In this document: positions 41,251 to 51,002 of the stretch, piece by piece
How the letters are laid out: each line of letters opens with the position of its first letter
Position numbering within the stretch: position 1 is the first letter of the stretch
Virus record (IMG/VR): IMGVR_UViG_3300045988_159773
Direction: 5' to 3' (one strand)
Source of the DNA: a virus
Length of the DNA: 64,000 bases
Notes under the pieces: model-generated
Databases searched by the model: none
Seen by the model: the letters and a program-made list of their open reading frames with translations, nothing else
What the model was told of the DNA's origin: nothing
Made by a program: the position numbers and the translations under genes

Positions 41251-43746
41251 CTAAAAGACAACGACAATCGCGCTGGTGTTCACGTTGGAATAGACTGTGA
41301 TGAGTCCAGTCGTAATGTTGACCGTCGGACTATCATACGTCTCCTCGTACACGCTGCCAGAACTTATGCTGTAAATCTTGACTTTTGGCAAATACCGAGT
41401 TACCCCGCCGACAGTTACAAGCCCTTTTCCGTGTTCGGAATAAGCAATCGTCTGCGAGTAGTTTCCAGCTCCAGTACTGTCTCTCCACACCTTGGTCGGA
41501 TAACCAGAGATGGGTGGAGTGGACGAAGTAGCCGCCAGACCAACCACATACGGTGCACCAGCGTTTGCAATTACCGCGTCTACCTGCGCTTTCCAATCTG
41601 GGTCAATCGCGGGGTACAGATAACTCCAAGACAAACCATTATAATATCTGATGGTAAATCCAGTGCCGCTTGCAGATGCTAACTGATACCAAAGGTTTCC
41701 AGATACCGCAGATGGAGTAGCAGTTGACACAGAAATCACATTCTGCTTAGACTGTGCAAGCGTATACGCACCGCCAGAAGTAAAGAGCGAAGTGCTCCCA
41801 CTCGTAGCCGCGTCAGTAATGGCTCGGAACGATACCGCCGAATTGCCATTTCCGATGATTGCATATCCAGCAGTAAGAGTCGTTGCTCCCGTACCACCGC
41901 TCGCGACAGGCAACTTGCCCTGCACGCCTGGTGTGATGTTCGCAGTTCCGTCAAAGTTTGCAACCGCTGTCGAGTTCAGCGCGACACGAACCGTACGCGC
42001 CGTCTTCAACTTGGTAGCCGCAACTGCCGTTTGAGTTGCTCCCAGCGCACCAACCTCCGTATACGTGTAAGTCGGCTTTGTAGCCGCTTTTGCCCACGCG
42101 TACACGTCGCTTGCTGGACGAGAGTTAGTAAGGCGGGTATCCTTGTCGCCGATGACCATAGTGCTGGTTGCACTCTGGCTCGAGGTGTCGAAATTCTTGT
42201 TGAACGCCGTATTCTTAGTAAAAGCTGGTTCAGCCGCCGCCTTGTTAGCGTCGATGACTTCCTTGATGGTTTTGGAAGTATCCGTGCCGCCCGTGTTGGT
42301 AAATTCGTATGCAATGCTGTCCGCCGTGATGGTGTTCATCACCGACTTTCCGCTCGACAGCGTTCTCATCACCAGCGAAACCTGACCAGCAGAGTTAAAA
42401 CCGATGGTGGTATTGTCAAGCTGCATTGTCGTGTTCGGACGAACGTCAAGCGATGGTGGATTCGAGCCGTCAATCTTGACAATGATACGACCTGGAACTA
42501 CAGGGTCATTGCCCAGCAGATTATCAGTCTCCATCCATGCGCCGTTGGACGGAGCAGGTGTCACGTCCGCAAACGTCCAAGTCGTTCCATTATAATCGCC
42601 GCGCAACAGACCGCCCAAGTCATCAATAGAGCCGATGTACACAATTGCAGTATCACCCGCCTTTGCGTCTGAAACCGACTCGACCTGAGCCTGCGTACCG
42701 AAGTACGTAAACGTGCCCTGATAGGACGAACCTGTGATACTCGAGTTCACGAGGTTGTCCACATAATCTTTGACGGTCTCATTGGACGAGAACGCGCCGA
42801 GGATAATGCCAGAGTCTTTTACGTTGCCGTCTCCAGTAAAGGTGGCTACCCTGTTTTGGACTGCCGTCGGAACCGTGTTTATCTTGGTGCTCGGAATGAA
42901 CCGAGCCTCCGTCGTGATATTTCCTTCCGCATCCGTAATCAAGTTCATATTCGGCAGGTTGCCGCCGACCGACTGTTTGTTGGTTGCGTACGCGTCATAC
43001 TGAGCAACCTTTGCCGCAGTAATTCCGCTGTTCGTCGCAGTAAGCTGCACAGACGTCAGTGCATTCTGCTTCGCCGTCCACGAATTTTGCAACACCGTGG
43101 TAACGTGCAGACTCGTATTATTTGCATGGTTCTCCAACTGCGTTGCAGTAACCAGATTGGACAGCAGAGTGCCACCATCCACCACGCGACCAGCCGCATC
43201 GAACACGCCGACATGACCGACCGTTGCAGAAGTCTGCTTCTCCATTAAATTGGTAAATGGTGCCTCGGACTGAACCAAGTCGAGCGACAAAATGCCGTCC
43301 GCATAGTTCAAACGAACACCCGAACCACCAGTGATATATTTGATAGCGTTTTCGGAAATCGCGCCAGAATTGACATCCACCTCTGCGATGGAAACGTTAA
43401 TCTGCTTACTAGATTCTCGTTCAAGCTCAATAGAGCCTATGACCCTGCCGCCGAGCGCGGATGCGAACGTGTTCTTCGCTTGCATATACAAGTTGCCGTT
43501 CGTATCCTTTGCGGCGGTTACATTCCCCTCGGTCTGATTGTATTTCAACAGAAAAGCATCAACATAGAACGACTCTGGAAAATCATGGTATTGTCCATCG
43601 CCGCCAAGATACTGAATCGGCGAACCAGTGGTAGTCAGCGAATTCAGCAACGCCATATTTGCATGTGAGTGCTGGAGCTCAACCGCAGACTTGATAGCCT
43701 TTAACGGAATCATGCTCTCAACAAAATTATTCTTCGAACCTTCCAT
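41251..43746 (-). CDS. tail fibre / receptor-binding protein
   Basis: 831 aa. Thr/Ser/Gly/Asn-rich. ...AVAATKLKTARTVRVALNSTAVANFDGTANITPGV...LPVASGGTGATT is typical of phage fibre repeats. Confidence 0.65.
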   Translation of the reverse strand: MEGSKNNFVESMIPLKAIKSAVELQHSHANMALLNSLTTTGSPIQYLGGDGQYHDFPESFYVDAFLLKYNQTEGNVTAAKDTNGNLYMQAKNTFASALGGRVIGSIELERESSKQINVSIAEVDVNSGAISENAIKYITGGSGVRLNYADGILSLDLVQSEAPFTNLMEKQTSATVGHVGVFDAAGRVVDGGTLLSNLVTATQLENHANNTSLHVTTVLQNSWTAKQNALTSVQLTATNSGITAAKVAQYDAYATNKQSVGGNLPNMNLITDAEGNITTEARFIPSTKINTVPTAVQNRVATFTGDGNVKDSGIILGAFSSNETVKDYVDNLVNSSITGSSYQGTFTYFGTQAQVESVSDAKAGDTAIVYIGSIDDLGGLLRGDYNGTTWTFADVTPAPSNGAWMETDNLLGNDPVVPGRIIVKIDGSNPPSLDVRPNTTMQLDNTTIGFNSAGQVSLVMRTLSSGKSVMNTITADSIAYEFTNTGGTDTSKTIKEVIDANKAAAEPAFTKNTAFNKNFDTSSQSATSTMVIGDKDTRLTNSRPASDVYAWAKAATKPTYTYTEVGALGATQTAVAATKLKTARTVRVALNSTAVANFDGTANITPGVQGKLPVASGGTGATTLTAGYAIIGNGNSAVSFRAITDAATSGSTSLFTSGGAYTLAQSKQNVISVSTATPSAVSGNLWYQLASASGTGFTIRYYNGLSWSYLYPAIDPDWKAQVDAVIANAGAPYVVGLAATSSTPPISGYPTKVWRDSTGAGNYSQTIAYSEHGKGLVTVGGVTRYLPKVKIYSISSGSVYEETYDSPTVNITTGLITVYSNVNTSAIVVVF

Positions 43747-43762
43747 AAGTGCGCTCCTTAAA

Positions 43763-43771
43763 TAAAATAAC
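43763..43771 (-). promoter_or_regulatory. late-promoter-like motif GTTATTTTA
   Basis: Minus strand TAACGGTTATTTTATTTAAGGAGCGCACTTATG. Confidence 0.45.
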
Positions 43772-43773
43772 CG

Positions 43774-44172
43774 TTAGAACACCGAATTGCTTAACGCCGA
43801 CTTGTCAATGCGTAACGGCAGGTCAGCAATCAACACCCTAACAAAATTGTCGTCTTCGCCGTAAAGAGCGACACCGACATGATACGTCTTGCCCGCGCGG
43901 AGCTGAACCACTTCCTCAGTAGAGAGCTCCACTACGAACACGTTCGGCGAGATGAACTTATACGTCTTTTCAATGACTGGCGTATCATCACGCAAGTCAT
44001 CCTTGATTAAGAATCGGACGTACATCGTGGTTGGAATGTCAAAATACTGCTCACCCGTGTCTTTCTTGTGAAAAGTCACTTTGAACGGCGTATTGACAGC
44101 ATCCCCGTACCGCCAGACCCAAATCTTATTATCAGCCCTCTGGCTCGATGGCTCTGTTAAAATCTCACTCAT
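43774..44172 (-). CDS. hypothetical tail/baseplate protein
   Basis: 132 aa; 4-nt overlap with the upstream gene. Confidence 0.55.
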   Translation of the reverse strand: MSEILTEPSSQRADNKIWVWRYGDAVNTPFKVTFHKKDTGEQYFDIPTTMYVRFLIKDDLRDDTPVIEKTYKFISPNVFVVELSTEEVVQLRAGKTYHVGVALYGEDDNFVRVLIADLPLRIDKSALSNSVF

Positions 44173-45155
44173 TCTTTCAGCTCCTGATTAGTAAAGAGGT
44201 TTCCGTCGTTTTCGTTCATCAACCCATTTCCAGAATAGATGGACTCGAGCAAAACGCTCTCATCGCTCGGAATGTACCGCGCCGACTTGCACGACACCCG
44301 AATCTTTCCGTCGATTGCCTCGGTCAACGTCATATTGACAGAAGTGGCATTATACGACTTTGACGTAGGAATCACCTCGGTAAACGAGCCGTCCCCATTG
44401 TCACGCCACACCTCGAACGTAGCGTCTTCCAAAGCGTTAACATACGCCGTAGTATCTTTCGACACTGACACCCCATCTGCGACCGCAAGCGGCAATACGA
44501 ACGTCGTCGGTACCTTGATATTTGCGCGGGCAATCATCTTCTCGTTTGCGGAAAGGCACTGCTCCGTCGCTCGGATAACGTCGTGAGGAATCCAACCGAG
44601 AGAAAACCGCAACGTGCCATCCTCAGCAAAGAAGTCATAAATCCATCCATCACTCTCATCAAACCGCAGAGCCGCCGACGTCACCGCCTTGTCATAGAGC
44701 AGTTTCATTCTGTCAAATTCGACTGGCTTTATGATTTTGAGGTAGTCTGGCTTGTTTGCGGGCGAAAGGTTCATGCGAATAGGCAACGTCGATTTGACGA
44801 ACTGCCCATCACGAGTAAAGACGAACTGAACGTTGACGTACTCCTCTTTGGTCACCCATTCGTTAATCATCCCGTCAATAATAGTGTACGGAACATTCAC
44901 CGACTTTGGAACAGGCACAGACACTAAGAGCTGGTTCTTTGGAGTATAGAACTGCATCTCACAGTTGTAAGGTCTCAAAAAGATATCCCACACAATCACC
45001 AGCTGCGCTGGATTCCTGTCATATTGCGTGCCCAGAAAATCGTCGCTCGGAAAGCACTTGAAAAATTCCAAGTCGCTCACGCCGAACGAAAATACAATCC
45101 TCTTTTTATCAGTAGGGGCGGGCGGCAAATCGAATGGCAAATTGAAATTGTTCAT
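44169..45155 (-). CDS. hypothetical tail/baseplate protein
   Basis: 328 aa; ATG after GTAGGAGATAAGTT. Confidence 0.6.
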   Translation of the reverse strand: MNNFNLPFDLPPAPTDKKRIVFSFGVSDLEFFKCFPSDDFLGTQYDRNPAQLVIVWDIFLRPYNCEMQFYTPKNQLLVSVPVPKSVNVPYTIIDGMINEWVTKEEYVNVQFVFTRDGQFVKSTLPIRMNLSPANKPDYLKIIKPVEFDRMKLLYDKAVTSAALRFDESDGWIYDFFAEDGTLRFSLGWIPHDVIRATEQCLSANEKMIARANIKVPTTFVLPLAVADGVSVSKDTTAYVNALEDATFEVWRDNGDGSFTEVIPTSKSYNATSVNMTLTEAIDGKIRVSCKSARYIPSDESVLLESIYSGNGLMNENDGNLFTNQELKE

Positions 45156-45172
45156 AACTTATCTCCTACATC

Positions 45173-45181
45173 TAAAATAAC
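45173..45181 (-). promoter_or_regulatory. late-promoter-like motif GTTATTTTA
   Basis: Minus strand CATCGTTATTTTAGATGTAGGAGATAAGTTATG. Confidence 0.45.
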
Positions 45182-45185
45182 GATG

Positions 45186-45220
45186 TGAAAGAAAAGAGTC
45201 CGACCAATCTCGAACTCTTC
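45186..45220 (-). terminator. intrinsic terminator-like hairpin
   Basis: Minus strand GAAGAGT-(12 nt)-ACTCTTT followed by TCTTTC. Confidence 0.45.
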
Positions 45221-45237
45221 CCTATGTTTCGATGTAA

Positions 45238-45636
45238 TTATTCTTTTGGCGGCACGCGAGTGAACTTGGTAGGATTACTCGTCTTCGCAGTGCTGCTCAT
45301 AACCACACCCCCGTCCGTCACGTTATTCAACTTGCGTGGTTCAGGTGGTCTCGTCTCTTCCTTTCTCTTCTCTTTGCGCTGCTTCGGCTTCCTCTTCTTC
45401 AAACCCTTTCGAGTCAGTGAAACCGCCGCCGTCACAATAACGCCGAGCGCAGACAGCCCGACCGCCGCATACTTCCACAAAACCACCGTGCCTATCCAAT
45501 CTTTTGGGGCGTTCCAGAACCCAGTAAGAAATGTCTTCTCGAGCTCCCACACACCAGCGAATGTCGCGGCTTGTGACAGAGTAATGGCTGCAAAACAGAC
45601 TATTACCCACAGAAAAATCTTTAATACTCTCTTCAT
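45238..45636 (-). CDS. membrane protein with basic linker
   Basis: 132 aa. Two or three TM segments, then KKRKPKQRKEKRKEE. Possible lysis-module component. Confidence 0.5.
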   Translation of the reverse strand: MKRVLKIFLWVIVCFAAITLSQAATFAGVWELEKTFLTGFWNAPKDWIGTVVLWKYAAVGLSALGVIVTAAVSLTRKGLKKRKPKQRKEKRKEETRPPEPRKLNNVTDGGVVMSSTAKTSNPTKFTRVPPKE

Positions 45637-46268
45637 GCCTTAGTCTCCTCCGAGGTCTCTTTGATAGCCTTGCTGTCTTTCCAGCTGTCTTTTAATTTCT
45701 CGAAAAGCCCTTCCGCCACTTCTTGCAGTTTGCCGTTCTCAATAAAGCCAGCCAACTTTTGCTTGATATTCAGAATAAGCTCTTCTTTGTTCTCGGAAAA
45801 GAAAATGTCTTTGCCCGCCTGTATAAGCGGCAGATATTCCTCTTCTATTTTGGTTGCCACGTCGTCCAAGATTTTCGTATCAATGCCGAAAATCTCGCCG
45901 AGGTCTTCAAGTGCCTTCTTCCACGCACCGCCCTCGGTGGTCTTCTGCCAGATGTCCTTGAACAGCCCCTCAATCCATTTGAGCAAACCAACGTTCACCA
46001 CAATCGGAGTAAGGATGTTCACAACCAGAATCGCAGAGCCATACAGGGTGAACACATCATCGATGCGCTTCAAGATTGCCGCCAGAGCCGCCGACAGCCC
46101 CAAAGAAAATGCGTAGTTGAGGGCAGTGTACAGCGTGTGCCGCGCGTTTTCTTTCTTGATTACCTTACGCGCCAGCGGCTTGATGCACTCTATGAGAACG
46201 ATGGTAAGCACCGCTACGACAACCGCTTGCCACCCGTACTGTTTCAAAAGTTCAATAAGTAAATCCAT
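45633..46268 (-). CDS. membrane protein (possible holin-like)
   Basis: ORF 45633..46289; ATG 46268 is 5 nt after GGAGG. TM segments WQAVVVAVLTIVLIECI, ALNYAFSLGLSAALAAIL, SAILVVNILTPIVVNVGLL. Confidence 0.5.
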   Translation of the reverse strand: MDLLIELLKQYGWQAVVVAVLTIVLIECIKPLARKVIKKENARHTLYTALNYAFSLGLSAALAAILKRIDDVFTLYGSAILVVNILTPIVVNVGLLKWIEGLFKDIWQKTTEGGAWKKALEDLGEIFGIDTKILDDVATKIEEEYLPLIQAGKDIFFSENKEELILNIKQKLAGFIENGKLQEVAEGLFEKLKDSWKDSKAIKETSEETKA

Positions 46269-46304
46269 AACTGCCTCCTGAATTACCATAACGTCGAAAG
46301 CGTT

Positions 46305-48950
46305 CTACACTAGCAGAGTATACTGCGTTCCCGCAAACAAAGTCGCTACGGCGTTGATTGTCAAATCGCCGTCCTGGTCAAACACGCAGAACCCCACCTG
46401 CTCAACCTTTGCATAATCCCACACCTGACCGAACCTCAATTTTAACGTCGGAATAATTGATGCCTCAGCGTCAGAGAAAAAAGTATACGGTGTTCCATCT
46501 GGAGTGATATCCACCACTGGAGTAAAGGTGATGAGCAACTGGGAATTTCCAATCGCCTGTGCAGAAACCCCACTCAACAGAGTCGGGTCAAACGTAGCAA
46601 AGCCAGCCGCCAAGTCACGCGCTTCCGTCGCAGAGGAAAGACCATCGGATACCTTCTTAACTTCCTGGTCGGTGTACGCTTTCGAATCCGCCACAGACTG
46701 AGTCACAGCCGCCTCTCGGTCAGAAACCTCTCTCACCACCGCATCATTAACTGTCTTTACAGCCTTAGCCGATGCACCCACAGAGAGGTCTGCACCAGAA
46801 TCAAGCGCAACGCTATCCGAAAGTTTCACATGACCATACGCAGAGGAAGTGCCCCCTCCATACGTATCCGCTGCGGGGCTCGAGTGCACAGTCGGTGCCG
46901 CCCCCACATTGGCATACGTGAGATTCCTGTCCGCCGTCAAATCCAACCCATTTATTTTGCGGGTGGTTGGAACACACGCAGTATCAAACGGATGAACATG
47001 GTCTTCTCGTGCAAGCCCAGACGAAGTACCGACCGCCGCAGTACCATTCATTTTTGGCAACGCCGTGCCATATGGTCTCAACGTAGGAACTACGCTCTGA
47101 ACAAACGCCGTGGTTGCAATCTGAGTGTTATTGGTAGCCGTACTTGCCGTTGGAGCGGTCGGAGTTCCAGTAAAGGCTGGCGATGCAATATTTGCTTTCT
47201 GAGATTTCAGTGTTGATATATCCGTTTCAGCCGTGGTTACACGCGACTTCAAACTCGTAATATCCGCCGTATTCTGCGTCCCTTGCTCGGCTGGAGCAAA
47301 CGCATCAGAATTCTGAAATGCCGCAGAACCAAGCCCCTTAACTGGAATGTTATCAACTGACGATGTCCCGCTCCCCGTGGTAACCGACAACTTCAAAGTA
47401 CCATTATTCGTACCCGCCGACAACACCACAGAATCTACCTTATCAGCGAGGTTTGCAATGTCACTCTTAACGGTATCCCACCCGTTAATAGACATCGTTC
47501 CATCCGCTTCCACGTAAGACTTTCCATCTTCCAGCGAACTCTTTACCAAGCCGAGCAACTCGAGAGTCGCTTGTACCACGATATCAAATCCATCATCTCT
47601 CCAGCCCGTGCCACCTTGATAATAATTCCACACGTGATTGGTTGCCGACACCACAATGCTCACACCAGTAAAAGGTGGCTGAAAACCAAGCGAAACTGCA
47701 AATGCGTTAATTTGCTCCGCCGTAGGATTCGCACTCTCGGTGTACAGATACCGAGCATGCTGCCCTTCGAGTTTTCCGACACGCAAAACAATGTCAGCCA
47801 AAGTGATTTTATCCTGCTTTGCCATAAAACCATCATTGGTCTGGCTCGCAAGAGTGATGTTACGCGACAGGGTCGACACCGCACCCGTCACAGGATTCTT
47901 AAGTGTGACAGAGAGGGTCTGAACTCCATTTCCATCAACAGAAAACACCGCATTGGTAATATAGTTTTCGTTGATAGAGGTCTTGTCCAACTTCAACGCT
48001 TCTTCTGCCTTTGCACGAGCAACCTCATCATTAAGAGCCGTAATGGTTGCCTTGGTAAGCAGGTCCGCCTCAGCAGTTGTCATACGACCATCCAAAGACG
48101 TGATGTTTGTCTCCACCGTTGTCATACGACCGCCGAGCGCACCAATATTGTCCTCGTTTGTTTTGACTCGACCAGACAGATTCTCAATGTCAGTTGCATT
48201 CGCATCTACCTTCCCATCCGTCGACTCGAGGTCAGATTTTACAACCGCCAAATCCTTGTTTGTCTGTTCAAGCGAATTCAAAATAGAGGGGTGTGATTCT
48301 TGGCTGTCATTATGGGCATTAAGCTGACCGAGATTAATAACATCTCCAGCCTCAGAACCATCAGCAACCTTAAAACGCCCAGCCGCATCTCTCAAGGGAA
48401 CCGTATTAGACACCGCATCGGTATCCAAAAGAGCGGTATCCACCTTCTTTTTTAACTCTGGAATCAGCTCCTCTTTACTCACGTAGAGATTCATGTCCAC
48501 GTAAAAGCTCAGCGGCAACCAGACCAGACCCAGACTCTCATCGTGATACGCGAATACAATAAGATTCTCATCCTTAATCATATGCGCGATGAAAGGGTCA
48601 GAGGTATCTGGCAATTCCTCTCGCGTTGCAACATCACCGCCGTTTCTCAACAGACCAGAGAACCCGACATACAGCAACTGGTCAGTGCCGAGTTTTAACT
48701 CGTTCTGCAAATCCTTGCTGATAAACTGCTCCATCTGGTCAAGACGAACCTCAGCCGAGATGACATTGTCTTTGTCAATCGTAACGTTCGTCCCCGCCGT
48801 TAATTTCTGCTGGATTAAATCTCGGTTTCTCAAATACGCCGTACTCGATGGGTCTGTCTCCGCGTAATCTGTAAGCACCCACTTTGCAATGACGGAATCG
48901 TATATCTCGACTGTCACGTCGAAATCGTTAAAAACAATATTATCAGCCAT
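46305..48950 (-). CDS. tail fibre protein
   Basis: 881 aa. Coiled-coil heptad-like repeats (GRVKTNEDNIGALGGRMTTVETNITSLDGRMTTAEADL). SPAFTGTPTAPTASTATNNTQIATTAFVQ is a typical phage fibre collar motif. Confidence 0.75.
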   Translation of the reverse strand: MADNIVFNDFDVTVEIYDSVIAKWVLTDYAETDPSSTAYLRNRDLIQQKLTAGTNVTIDKDNVISAEVRLDQMEQFISKDLQNELKLGTDQLLYVGFSGLLRNGGDVATREELPDTSDPFIAHMIKDENLIVFAYHDESLGLVWLPLSFYVDMNLYVSKEELIPELKKKVDTALLDTDAVSNTVPLRDAAGRFKVADGSEAGDVINLGQLNAHNDSQESHPSILNSLEQTNKDLAVVKSDLESTDGKVDANATDIENLSGRVKTNEDNIGALGGRMTTVETNITSLDGRMTTAEADLLTKATITALNDEVARAKAEEALKLDKTSINENYITNAVFSVDGNGVQTLSVTLKNPVTGAVSTLSRNITLASQTNDGFMAKQDKITLADIVLRVGKLEGQHARYLYTESANPTAEQINAFAVSLGFQPPFTGVSIVVSATNHVWNYYQGGTGWRDDGFDIVVQATLELLGLVKSSLEDGKSYVEADGTMSINGWDTVKSDIANLADKVDSVVLSAGTNNGTLKLSVTTGSGTSSVDNIPVKGLGSAAFQNSDAFAPAEQGTQNTADITSLKSRVTTAETDISTLKSQKANIASPAFTGTPTAPTASTATNNTQIATTAFVQSVVPTLRPYGTALPKMNGTAAVGTSSGLAREDHVHPFDTACVPTTRKINGLDLTADRNLTYANVGAAPTVHSSPAADTYGGGTSSAYGHVKLSDSVALDSGADLSVGASAKAVKTVNDAVVREVSDREAAVTQSVADSKAYTDQEVKKVSDGLSSATEARDLAAGFATFDPTLLSGVSAQAIGNSQLLITFTPVVDITPDGTPYTFFSDAEASIIPTLKLRFGQVWDYAKVEQVGFCVFDQDGDLTINAVATLFAGTQYTLLV

Positions 48951-48965
48951 GATTATCTCCTCATG

Positions 48966-48975
48966 TTAAAATAAC
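48966..48975 (-). promoter_or_regulatory. late-promoter-like motif GTTATTTTAA
   Basis: Minus strand GGCTTTGTTATTTTAACATGAGGAGATAATCATG. Confidence 0.45.
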
Positions 48976-48976
48976 A

Positions 48977-49003
48977 AAGCCGCCCACTCACCGTGGACGG
49001 CTT
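48977..49003 (-). terminator. intrinsic terminator-like hairpin (11 bp)
   Basis: Minus strand AAGCCGTCCAC-GGTGA-GTGGGCGGCTT followed by TGTTATTTT. Confidence 0.55.
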
Positions 49004-49011
49004 ATTGAGGA

Positions 49012-50490
49012 TTAGAACTCGTAGAATATTTGCAGAGCCTTGAAGTCAGAATATATCTGTTTCCACTTCAGCTCGTCGGACGTGCCCTTGCAGTATACCT
49101 TGTACACCCGAACTGTCGACCGCGCACCGATTCGATAAACTCGACCGTACCCCTGCCAGAAATCTACCAGCGAGTTCGGACAGTCAATGAACACCATATC
49201 AGAGTAAGCCTCAGCCAGATTCAAACCGACACCGCCCGCCGTCAGCGACAGCAGAAGTACATCCACATTGCCGTCCAGACATTCGTGCAATAGGTCTGCC
49301 CTCTGTTTCAAGTTCAAAGTCCCATCGAACACCCGAACATCAGCGGCGTCTTTGAGGGCATCTGTCCACACGCTGAACGGCTTGGTGATGTTGCACGCAA
49401 CAATGCATTGGTTCTCCATTTCCCGCACGAAATCAATCTTGTGAGGATTGATGCAGTTGTTGTAATGACGAACGTTGTGCGGCGAACGCTTATCCCCGTC
49501 CTCAACAGGCACATCGATGATTTGCAACTCTGGCAACTCCGTGCCTCGGAACGCCAGACGAACCGAGTTCACAATCGGCAATAAAGACTCGAGGTTCTTG
49601 TATGCGGTGCAGACACGCTGCCCCATATAGTTGAAACCCCACTCCCCGTAGTAATTTTCGAACCCAGACTGACTCATCTCTGAGTTGAGTGCCCTCAGCC
49701 AGATGAGCAGAGAACGCCAGTCGAACGGCGTGAACTTAACAGGGCTTGCAGATAGCGACCAGTGGTCACCCGCAAGCTCGTGCAAGCCCTCAGTACGCAT
49801 CGCGCCAGACACTCGCTTGTTTCCCATGTTCGCAATCATATGAACTTCGTCGAACACCACGATATCTGGATTGAAATCCGCGAACGCTTTGAGCAGTTCG
49901 ATGTTGGAAAGCATATCAAAGTTCGCAGTAAGGACGTCTCCGTCTTTCGCCTCGGCAATCATCTTTAAGCTCTCTTTGGAACTGCCAACACCCGTGATTG
50001 TAATCTTGCCTTCGCACAGGTGGAACTTATCACTGTCCGTGCGCCAATTCTGTTGCAACGCCGCCAGACCAGTCACTACCAGCACTCTCAAATTGGGATT
50101 CACTGCGAACCGCTCTTCAAGTGCCAATAGAGTTATGCGTGTCTTGCCAGAGCCGACACCGAACTGCAATAATGCGTTTGGCATCTTTGCCAAAGCGTGC
50201 GCCGCATCTTCCTGATACTTGAAATCTGGGTCGTCCTCGAACACCCGCAAAGCGGGGAACGGTCTATCCTCGCCTTCAAACCGAACAGGGATATTGTGCT
50301 TCTTGCACTGCTCCTCCATAAACGCCAAAGTCGGCTTATCCACTTCGAGCAGTTTGAGCGAACGATGATATGCCGAAGTAAACTTCTTCGACTCCTTCAC
50401 AATCTTATATAAAAATTCTGGAATGTCCGCCACAAAGTACGCGTCCCAGACTGGTACCTTTATGCTCGGTTCGCCTCGTAAAACTCTCAT
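49012..50490 (-). CDS. SNF2-family (SF2) helicase/ATPase
   Basis: 492 aa. GVGSGKT, VVFDEVHMIAN (DEVH), LLLSLTAGGVGLNL, WQGYGRVYRIG. No SD; TATAAT lies 5 nt upstream of the ATG. Confidence 0.8.
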   Translation of the reverse strand: MRVLRGEPSIKVPVWDAYFVADIPEFLYKIVKESKKFTSAYHRSLKLLEVDKPTLAFMEEQCKKHNIPVRFEGEDRPFPALRVFEDDPDFKYQEDAAHALAKMPNALLQFGVGSGKTRITLLALEERFAVNPNLRVLVVTGLAALQQNWRTDSDKFHLCEGKITITGVGSSKESLKMIAEAKDGDVLTANFDMLSNIELLKAFADFNPDIVVFDEVHMIANMGNKRVSGAMRTEGLHELAGDHWSLSASPVKFTPFDWRSLLIWLRALNSEMSQSGFENYYGEWGFNYMGQRVCTAYKNLESLLPIVNSVRLAFRGTELPELQIIDVPVEDGDKRSPHNVRHYNNCINPHKIDFVREMENQCIVACNITKPFSVWTDALKDAADVRVFDGTLNLKQRADLLHECLDGNVDVLLLSLTAGGVGLNLAEAYSDMVFIDCPNSLVDFWQGYGRVYRIGARSTVRVYKVYCKGTSDELKWKQIYSDFKALQIFYEF

Positions 50491-50495
50491 ACCTT

Positions 50496-50503
50496 ATTAT
50501 ACA
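50496..50503 (-). promoter_or_regulatory. possible -10 element (TGTATAAT) giving a leaderless SNF2 mRNA
   Basis: Minus strand CTGCTTTTGTATAATAAGGTATGAGA. No convincing -35. Confidence 0.3.
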
Positions 50504-50530
50504 AAAGCAGACCTGATTTGGTCTGCTTTG
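50503..50530 (-). terminator. intrinsic terminator
   Basis: Minus strand GCAGACC-AAATCA-GGTCTGC followed by TTTTGTAT. Confidence 0.6.
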
Positions 50531-50537
50531 GCTTGTT

Positions 50538-51002
50538 CTATTTTCGTTCGATTTTGGATATTCGGTCCGCCCACCGCTCGGTGTAAAATGCATAATAGCT
50601 CACTTTGTGTTTCTGACGATAGCCAGCGAACAGCCCCGCCCAGATGATTGACGGCAACCCGATTACCAATAGGAATAGAGGTCCGAGAATCATCGACTGA
50701 ATCGTGTGCCCGTACTCGTGCCGCAACAGGTCATCAGCCTGACCGATGCGACATTTCAAAAGCGGGTCATAAACGTCGAACTTCATCTTGTCCGTTTCAT
50801 CAGTCAGCGGCGTGTCGTGAACCATTATGAACATACCCAAGCTCACGCTCCCTTGCTTGTTCGGGAACACGCTCACCACAGTGCGCTTATAACGCAGTGT
50901 GTCCGCTTTTCGTATTTTGCAGACGAGGAACACCACCAGACCCACCAGCGTCTGCGGCAGACACCACGTGAACTGCAAAATGTAAAATAGTGCCTTCTTC
51001 AT
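50538..51002 (-). CDS. integral-membrane HExxH zincin-like protein (DUF3267-like)
   Basis: 154 aa. TM segments plus HEYGH motif (LLRHEYGHTIQSMILGPLFLLVIGLPSIIWAGLF). Confidence 0.5.
   Translation of the reverse strand: MKKALFYILQFTWCLPQTLVGLVVFLVCKIRKADTLRYKRTVVSVFPNKQGSVSLGMFIMVHDTPLTDETDKMKFDVYDPLLKCRIGQADDLLRHEYGHTIQSMILGPLFLLVIGLPSIIWAGLFAGYRQKHKVSYYAFYTERWADRISKIERK

Noticed and set aside
46305-48950. Diversity-generating retroelement targeting the tail fibre
   Set aside because: There is no reverse transcriptase gene in the window. I noticed no template/variable repeat pair near either fibre gene 3' end.
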